DNA from: Sphingobacteriales bacterium
Lineage (GTDB): Bacteria; Bacteroidota; Bacteroidia; UKL13-3
Direction: 5' to 3'
Length of the DNA: 64,000 nt
NCBI GenBank assembly: GCA_021298155.1
Contig: JAJTEN010000015.1
Span: 832-64,831, forward strand
The notes under the pieces: generated by a model
Seen by the model: only the letters and a program-made list of their open reading frames with translations
Told to the model about the DNA's origin: nothing
The model's database searches: none
Program-made: the position numbers and the translations under genes
In this document: positions 58,003 to 64,000 of the stretch, in pieces
Position numbering within the stretch: the first letter of the stretch is position 1
How the letters are laid out: the number at the start of each line of letters is the position of its first letter

Positions 58003-58018
58003 ATTGGTTCGAACCAAT
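58003..58018. promoter_or_regulatory. 16-bp perfect palindrome ATTGGTTCGAACCAAT in the metG upstream region (candidate operator)
   Basis: Perfect dyad symmetry, preceded by an A8 run. It is centred about 40 bp upstream of the metG -7 box, roughly at the -33 region. Confidence 0.35.
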
Positions 58019-58048
58019 AATTCTTATGCATACTTATTTGGCTAATAT

Positions 58049-58056
58049 TACCTTTG
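58049..58056 (+). promoter_or_regulatory. Candidate -7 promoter box (TAccTTTG) for metG
   Basis: Exact TAnnTTTG match 8 nt before the ATG at 58065. Confidence 0.45.
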
Positions 58057-58064
58057 TTTGCAAT

Positions 58065-60164
58065 ATGAGTAATAAGGAATTTAAAAGATATTTGGTTACG
58101 GCAGCTTTACCTTATGCAAATGGACCGGTTCACATTGGACATTTAGCGGGGTGTTATTTGCCAGCAGATGTATACGTTAGGTACTTGCGTGCAAGTGGTA
58201 AAGATGTTTTATTTATTTGTGGCAGTGATGAACATGGCGTGCCTATTACTATTAAAGCTAAAAAAGAAGGAATTACGCCGCAGCAAGTGGTAGATAAATA
58301 TGATGGCATGATGAAAAATGCTTTCAAAGATTTTGGGATAGATTTTTCTTATTACGGCCGAACCAGTTCTAAAACACATAAAGAAACAGCGCAAGATTTT
58401 TTCAGAAACCTGTATGATAAAGGCATTTTTAAAGAAGAAATTACCCAACAATACTTCGACGAAGAAGCAAAGCAATTTTTAGCCGATAGGTATATTACAG
58501 GAACGTGCCCACGTTGCGGAAATCCGGGCGCATACGGCGACCAATGTGAAAAATGTGGAACCGCATTGAGTCCAACAGATTTAATCAATCCAAAATCTGC
58601 TTTAAGCGGTGCAGTGCCTGTGTTGCGAGAAACAAAGAATTGGTTTTTGCCCATGGGAGAAATACAACAATCTGCTTCATTCAATGCATACATTAAGCGT
58701 TTTGAAGATTGGAAATCGAATATAAAAGGGCAGTGTAATAGTTGGTTAACAGAAGGTTTGCAAAGCCGCGCTATGACCCGCGATTTGGATTGGGGCGTGC
58801 CTGTGCCAATTGAAGGGGCAGATGGGAAAGTATTGTATGTTTGGTTTGATGCTCCAATAGGCTATATTAGTGCTACCAAAGAAGCAATGCTTGCTAGAGG
58901 ACAGGAGCCAGGAGCGAGCAGCAAATCATGGCAAGATTGGTGGAAAGATGAAGAAACCTCGCTAATACATTTTATAGGAAAAGATAATATTGTATTTCAT
59001 GCTATAATTTTTCCAATGATGTTGCTTAGCCATGGTGAGTTTATTTTGCCAAGCAATGTGCCCGCCAACGAGTTTTTAAATTTGGAAGGGGATAAAATTT
59101 CTACTTCTAGAAATTGGGCGGTATGGTTACACGAGTATTTACTTGATTTTCCGGATAGACAAGATGAATTGCGATATGTTTTAACCAGTATTGCGCCCGA
59201 AACAAAAGACAGTGAGTTTACTTGGAAGGATTATCAAACCCGCGTAAACAGTGAATTGGTGAGTATTTTTGGCAATTTTGTGAACCGTGTTTTGGTGCTT
59301 TGTGATAAATATTACCAAGGTATTGTGCCTGTTTCTAAGGGCACTTTAAGTGATGAAAAACTGCAAGCGGCTCAGGCAGTATGTTTTAAACAAGTGAAAG
59401 AGAGTATTGATAATTTGGAGTTAAATTTAAGTGCTATAAAACTGCGTGATGCCCAAGCTGAGTTTATTAATATAGCCCGCGCGGGTAATAAATATTTGGC
59501 TGATACGGAGCCATGGAAACTGATTAAAACAGATGAGGAGAGCGTGAAGGAAATTTTAGTTGATGCTTTACAAATTTGCGCCAAATTATGTGTGGCGGCT
59601 CAACCGTTTTTGCCGCACACTGCCCAGAAATTAGCTGCCATGTTAAACCTGGAAAGCCTCAGTTGGAACTTGTTACAAGAAAACGAAATTATTACTGCTA
59701 ACCATTCTTTGGGTAAGGCAGAAATCTTGTACAAGCAAGTAGAAGATGAAGATATAAACAAGCAATTGCAGCGCTTGGAGGACATAAAAAAAGCGAATTT
59801 GGTTCAGCCAGTGGTAAGTAAGGTGAACGAATTAAAGCCACATATTAGCTATGAAGATTTTGATAAATTAGATTTGCGCGTAGGTAAAGTTATTGCAGCT
59901 GTAAAAGTACCTAAGGCCGATAAGTTACTAAATCTGACTGTTGATTTAGGCTTTGAACAACGCACTATTTTGAGTGGTATTGCAGAATATTATCAGCCAG
60001 AAGAATTGGTAGGTAAATTGGTAACAGTAGTGGCTAATTTAGCGCCTAGAAAAATCAGAGGCATTGAAAGCCAAGGCATGTTGCTTATGGCAGGCAATGA
60101 TTTTGGAAAACTATACAGTGTGGGCCCAGAGAGAGACATAGAGCCCGGCAGTATTGTGAAATAG
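58065..60164 (+). CDS. metG: Methionine--tRNA ligase with C-terminal tRNA-binding (EMAP-like) domain
   Basis: HIGH motif (PVHIGHLAG), zinc knuckle (CPRCG...CEKCG), a KMSKS-like KISTS and a C-terminal DLRVGKV.. tRNA-binding domain. The start is moved to ATG 58065. Confidence 0.95.
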   Translation: MSNKEFKRYLVTAALPYANGPVHIGHLAGCYLPADVYVRYLRASGKDVLFICGSDEHGVPITIKAKKEGITPQQVVDKYDGMMKNAFKDFGIDFSYYGRTSSKTHKETAQDFFRNLYDKGIFKEEITQQYFDEEAKQFLADRYITGTCPRCGNPGAYGDQCEKCGTALSPTDLINPKSALSGAVPVLRETKNWFLPMGEIQQSASFNAYIKRFEDWKSNIKGQCNSWLTEGLQSRAMTRDLDWGVPVPIEGADGKVLYVWFDAPIGYISATKEAMLARGQEPGASSKSWQDWWKDEETSLIHFIGKDNIVFHAIIFPMMLLSHGEFILPSNVPANEFLNLEGDKISTSRNWAVWLHEYLLDFPDRQDELRYVLTSIAPETKDSEFTWKDYQTRVNSELVSIFGNFVNRVLVLCDKYYQGIVPVSKGTLSDEKLQAAQAVCFKQVKESIDNLELNLSAIKLRDAQAEFINIARAGNKYLADTEPWKLIKTDEESVKEILVDALQICAKLCVAAQPFLPHTAQKLAAMLNLESLSWNLLQENEIITANHSLGKAEILYKQVEDEDINKQLQRLEDIKKANLVQPVVSKVNELKPHISYEDFDKLDLRVGKVIAAVKVPKADKLLNLTVDLGFEQRTILSGIAEYYQPEELVGKLVTVVANLAPRKIRGIESQGMLLMAGNDFGKLYSVGPERDIEPGSIVK

Positions 60165-60174
60165 GTTTTAGCTA

Positions 60175-62865
60175 TTAGTTAGCTTCAATTATTTTTACGG
60201 TAATACTCACCCTACGTTCACGAGAGGCTTTTATACCATAAACAGATTCATTTGTTTTGTCGTAATCTTCACTCACATCTTTAGGCGATTCTAATTCACC
60301 TACTGCGTGTTCCCAAAAAGTAATTCTATTGCTTTCAATCGCATCTTTTAGGGCGCCATCATTCCATTTCTTAAAAAACCTAGTTATAGAGACAAGTCTA
60401 CGCGTAGATAATTTATTATTATATTCTGTTGAGGCGATGGGACTACAATAGGCAGATACAGAGATCTCTACTTGTACCCCTTGATTTAACCGTTGTTGAA
60501 TCATTGCCATCACATTATTCATTTCTTTGTATCCACCAACAACATGATAGGTAAAGAAAGTATCTAAACTGCTTTTACTATCTGAAGAGTTTTGGTAGAA
60601 ATTTTGAATTTTATTTAAATAATTCTCAAAGCAATTTTGATAGTTGAAAGCTTGTCTGAACAATTGCGCTTGTTTAGGTTCATCGTTATTAAAGTATACT
60701 ACAGGGGCTGCAACAGGTTTACTATTGCTAGGTTTGCTGCCTCTACCTGGAATTTGGTCCATTTTTCTCACTACAATTGTAGCTGTTGCTGATCCCATCT
60801 TATCTCTATTTCCGCGTTGGTTCATATCGTAAGTAACTTGATATGTTCCCGCTGGTGTTCCTTTTTTAACAAACACAGCACCTGTTTTGCTATTCACAGA
60901 AATATTGGGATCGCTGGTTTTAACATTTTTTATGACTGTATTTGTGAAACTAGGTTTTTTACCATCTATGCGGTCATTGTTTCTCAGATTAAGCACATAA
61001 CCACCGTTTACAGAGGCAAAACCAGTATCATTATTAACCTGCAAACCCTCTACAGCCGGCATTTGATAAGGAGTAAGGGTTGCAACTTGAAGTGATTTAC
61101 CATTTAACACACCTCTTATATTAAGAACCACATTGGCTGTATCACAAACGCCAGGCATTTTGTTGCTACAAATGGCATATTCAAAAGAATATGTTCCCGG
61201 ATTTATTTTTGAATCTAATCGGATGAGGCCATCTTCAGGATCTACGCTTAAATAGCCTGGTAGTGGATTGCTTAAAACATATAACGAAACTTCACCTGCT
61301 TTAATGGCATTTCCATTTAACTGGTCGTTTGCCAGCATGCCAGAAAGCTTGCTACTCCGTTGATTATCCTCTACATCAAATACGTCGTTTGCGGCAAAAA
61401 TCGGATTAATTTTTAATTGAAATTCGCGAACTAATTTTCCATCTTTTATATTGTAACCATTGTCTTGCGCCATAACACTGAGGTAGCCATCTTTGCTCAC
61501 CATAAAATTCATAGGAATTCGCGCATCTGCCGTATCTGCAATCATAATATTATCTCTTCCAGCACGGGTATAAATGTTGTTACTATATGTTCCTTGCACG
61601 TTACTAAAAGCAACCTTTACATTGTCTAATTCAATGCCTGTTTCAGCATCAAATACCTTTACAAATAAAGATTGTTTTTCAGGCTCACTTAAATTAAAGT
61701 GATAAATATTATCGTCGAATTTGTTAGAGAATCTATTTGATGCGAAGTATCCTTCCTTACTGTTTTTATAATTTACGCCAAAGTCGTCATAGATACTATT
61801 GAAGGGCTCATTTAATAAATATCTATTTCCATTACTAAACAAAACAATATCTAGTCCCCCTGTAGTTTCAATATGATTGGTGGCATACATTAATTCTCCA
61901 TCTGGAGAGAAGCTAGGAAACACTTCATCAAATTCTGAGTTAATTTCTTCACCTAAATTGATTGGGTTCGACCATTGTTCTCCATTCCATTTGGTTTTAT
62001 ATAAATCATATCCGCCAAATCCACCAGGTTTGTCTGATGAGAAATAAACTGTTTTTTCCTCTTCGTTGTAAACAGGGTGTTGGGCAGAAAAACTAGGTTT
62101 GCAAAATCCCATAGTTTTTGGACTACTCCAGCCGCCGTTTTTATTTCTAAAGTAATAAGAAAGATATAAGTTTTGAACGCCACTTTCATTGGCTTTTGCA
62201 TAGTTTCTGGTTAATACAATGAGATTAGTATCTTTAGAAATAGTAATAGGCCCGTCATGAATGGGATTTGAGTTGATGTTTTTGGGTAAATATTTCGGAT
62301 AGGGCACTCTTTTTCCTTGTTCATTAAAAGGATAAACATCTAAGAAAGGCATTTTAGTGAGCGAATAATTAAAGGCTTTTTCGTTGCTACCGGTTTTTCT
62401 GGAGGTGGTAACAAATACAATATTATTCCAACTAAATGCGGCAAAGTCTTCATTGGTTGAATTTCCTTTGAATGTATCAATAGTGGTATATAGGAAATAA
62501 TTGGTTTTAAAATAATCCGACTTTTTAAAATAAGGTGATTTTTCGCGCATCATGGTAGAAGAATGCACGTAGTTTCTTCGCATTTGCTGCGTTTTAATAG
62601 CTTCTTTTTGGTCGGCAATTTTATAATAATACAATGCTTGAGGATATTTACCTTGCGCATAAAGGGCCTCTGCCAATTGCACTACCATTTCGGCGTTTAG
62701 TTGATTTTCGTTTGTTAGCAAGAATTTTTCTGCCTTTTCATAGTCGAAATACCAGGCATATTTCATTGCTTTGTCTACCTGTGCAAAAGCAGATTGGTAG
62801 CTTAGGATCGTGAGGCATCCTAAACTAAACCATAAAAAGTATTTGTTGCGCATAAATTTTTTCAT
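60175..62865 (-). CDS. OmpA-family protein (TPR, TolB-like beta-propeller repeats, Ig/cadherin-like region, C-terminal OmpA-like domain)
   Basis: 896 aa with a signal peptide. The C-terminus ..SAYCSPIASTEYNNKLSTRRLVSI...RERRVSITV is an OmpA_C-like peptidoglycan-binding motif. It lies directly downstream of porP/sprF. Confidence 0.75.
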   Translation of the reverse strand: MKKFMRNKYFLWFSLGCLTILSYQSAFAQVDKAMKYAWYFDYEKAEKFLLTNENQLNAEMVVQLAEALYAQGKYPQALYYYKIADQKEAIKTQQMRRNYVHSSTMMREKSPYFKKSDYFKTNYFLYTTIDTFKGNSTNEDFAAFSWNNIVFVTTSRKTGSNEKAFNYSLTKMPFLDVYPFNEQGKRVPYPKYLPKNINSNPIHDGPITISKDTNLIVLTRNYAKANESGVQNLYLSYYFRNKNGGWSSPKTMGFCKPSFSAQHPVYNEEEKTVYFSSDKPGGFGGYDLYKTKWNGEQWSNPINLGEEINSEFDEVFPSFSPDGELMYATNHIETTGGLDIVLFSNGNRYLLNEPFNSIYDDFGVNYKNSKEGYFASNRFSNKFDDNIYHFNLSEPEKQSLFVKVFDAETGIELDNVKVAFSNVQGTYSNNIYTRAGRDNIMIADTADARIPMNFMVSKDGYLSVMAQDNGYNIKDGKLVREFQLKINPIFAANDVFDVEDNQRSSKLSGMLANDQLNGNAIKAGEVSLYVLSNPLPGYLSVDPEDGLIRLDSKINPGTYSFEYAICSNKMPGVCDTANVVLNIRGVLNGKSLQVATLTPYQMPAVEGLQVNNDTGFASVNGGYVLNLRNNDRIDGKKPSFTNTVIKNVKTSDPNISVNSKTGAVFVKKGTPAGTYQVTYDMNQRGNRDKMGSATATIVVRKMDQIPGRGSKPSNSKPVAAPVVYFNNDEPKQAQLFRQAFNYQNCFENYLNKIQNFYQNSSDSKSSLDTFFTYHVVGGYKEMNNVMAMIQQRLNQGVQVEISVSAYCSPIASTEYNNKLSTRRLVSITRFFKKWNDGALKDAIESNRITFWEHAVGELESPKDVSEDYDKTNESVYGIKASRERRVSITVKIIEAN

Positions 62866-62905
62866 TCTACTGTTCTTTTATATCTGTGTATAAGAAAGTT
62901 TATGG

Positions 62906-63832
62906 TTATAAGAAGTAACGTGGTGATTTAATTCGTTTTTTCTGACTGCTTTGCCATAACATACGTAGGCTTAATTCGTGTGTTTGTCTGGTTGCAAGTT
63001 TTATATCGTTGATAGGATATTCGTACATATATCCTGCATAGATTTGGGAAGTAATTTTATATCCTGCTAAGAATCCAATGGCGTCATTTGCTCTAAACAT
63101 GGGTCCAATATCCAATACATCTTTATAGTCGAGCACTAAGTTTATATCATATTGAATAGGTGCGTTGGATACCCTTTTAAACAATAAACTTGGGGTAAAT
63201 GTGAAGTCTTCATTTACTTTTAGGCTAGTACCACCGTATAAATAAAAGTGCCCTTGGTACCTTGTAATAACAGAATTTCCGTCACTTATATCTTTAGCAA
63301 ATAGGCGCGGCACAGATCCGCCAATGAATACTTTATCGCTATAAAATAACACACCCAAACCAGCATTTAGATAGGTTCCTGTTCGAAAATCTGTATTAAA
63401 ATTAGGATCACCAATTTGGGTGGTTTGAAGTGCGCTTAAATTAACACTTAAATTTGAGGCCATAAGGCGAACACCACCAGAGAAGGTCCAATCATCGTTT
63501 AGCTGAATATGAGAGGCTAAATCTGCTTGAAGCGTTAAATCTCTTACCGGCCCTATTCTGTCGTTATAAATTCCACCAGCAATTCCCAAGTTTTTTGGTA
63601 AACGAGCGTTTACAAATACTGTATTTGTTGTTGGCGCGCCATCCATTCCAAGCCACTGTCTGCGCGAAAGAACACCTACTTGGTTTAGTTCTTGAACACC
63701 TGCTTGTGCTGGGTTAATTATGGCATTATTAAAAATATATTGCCCGTACATAGGATCTTGTTGGGCAAAAAGTTGAAGACTTCCCAACAACAAACTGAAA
63801 ATGATAATTCGTTTCATGTTTCTGTTTTCCAT
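62906..63832 (-). CDS. PorP/SprF-family type IX secretion system membrane protein
   Basis: 308 aa with a signal peptide followed by QQDPMYGQYIFNNAIINPAQAG, the family N-terminal signature. Beta-barrel-like sequence. It starts 4 nt after the upstream cargo gene's stop. Confidence 0.85.
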   Translation of the reverse strand: MENRNMKRIIIFSLLLGSLQLFAQQDPMYGQYIFNNAIINPAQAGVQELNQVGVLSRRQWLGMDGAPTTNTVFVNARLPKNLGIAGGIYNDRIGPVRDLTLQADLASHIQLNDDWTFSGGVRLMASNLSVNLSALQTTQIGDPNFNTDFRTGTYLNAGLGVLFYSDKVFIGGSVPRLFAKDISDGNSVITRYQGHFYLYGGTSLKVNEDFTFTPSLLFKRVSNAPIQYDINLVLDYKDVLDIGPMFRANDAIGFLAGYKITSQIYAGYMYEYPINDIKLATRQTHELSLRMLWQSSQKKRIKSPRYFL

Positions 63833-63835
63833 TTA

Positions 63836-64000
63836 TTATTTACTGATGTATAAATAGCCCGATTTTGCTTCTTTTCCAGGTATTAATTCTAAGATATAGA
63901 AGTAGGTTCCTGTTGGAAGTTTTTCTCCGTTTGAACCAATACCTGTTTCAGAGGTTCCTTCCCAAGTGTTTTTATATCCACGTTCTTCAAATACCAGAGT
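63836..64000 (-). CDS. 3' end of a gene encoding a T9SS type-B C-terminal sorting domain protein (rest lies outside the window)
   Basis: My hand translation of the - strand gives ..LVFEERGYKNTWEGTSETGIGSNGEKLPTGTYFYILELIPGKEAKSGYLYISK*. This is the canonical end of a gliding-motility-associated (type B) CTD. It is not in the ORF track because it has no start codon in the window. Confidence 0.75.
   Translation of the reverse strand, partial: TLVFEERGYKNTWEGTSETGIGSNGEKLPTGTYFYILELIPGKEAKSGYLYISK

Noticed and set aside
58003-58018. GGTTCGAA within the palindrome resembles a tRNA T-arm/T-loop.
   Set aside because: The loop would be 6 nt with a 4-bp stem, not the canonical 7 and 5. No acceptor, D or anticodon arms can be drawn from the flanking sequence.
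1-64000. I searched for CRISPR repeats, IS/transposase or integrase genes, tRNA/rRNA genes, long direct or inverted terminal repeats, and known defence-system proteins.
   Set aside because: None was seen in the ORF translations or in the intergenic sequences I read. I could not run a systematic repeat search, so short dispersed repeats may have been missed.

Overview
The window reads as a chromosomal, mostly housekeeping region of a Bacteroidota genome with low GC (my estimate is high 30s %). The phylum call rests on three things: T9SS type-B C-terminal sorting domains, a PorP/SprF gene, and a TonB receptor/DUF4249 pair. It is also supported by many exact TAnnTTTG -7 promoter boxes and by the lack of Shine-Dalgarno sequences. 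I can support about 52 protein-coding genes. They include dsbD (5' partial), gmhA, pyrF, pheS, mnmG, ybeY, an M16 peptidase pair and tatA. They also include gatA, mutL, icd, rlmB, metG and several transporters (APC, Dcu, DAACS, MFS, SSS, TauE). I found no rRNA, tRNA, CRISPR array, transposase, integrase or recognisable defence system. I do not see a convincing novel multi-gene system. The signal that the gene map does not explain is a 420-bp ORF-free, AT-rich gap at 12309-12727. It carries a dense array of TTCAC(A/T) / DnaA-box-like 9-mers next to an AT-rich repeat stretch, 2.5 kb from mnmG (gidA). I flag it as a candidate replication origin; the alternative is an operator array. Other points worth a second look are listed here. 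(1) An M16 peptidase gene has lost its 5' end, including the HxxEH zinc motif, exactly where a DAACS transporter gene ends. (2) An MltD-like LysM protein has its catalytic Glu position occupied by Val. (3) An RluB-like pseudouridine synthase carries a ~240-aa basic low-complexity N-terminal extension. (4) Several promoter -7 boxes sit only 3-9 nt from the start codon, which suggests leaderless mRNAs. (5) A 16-bp perfect palindrome lies upstream of metG. (6) A cargo/PorP/OmpA T9SS module is cut by the window end. CDS coordinates come from the supplied ORF track, with start codons refined by arithmetic where noted. Short-motif coordinates were indexed by hand and may be off by 1-2 nt.
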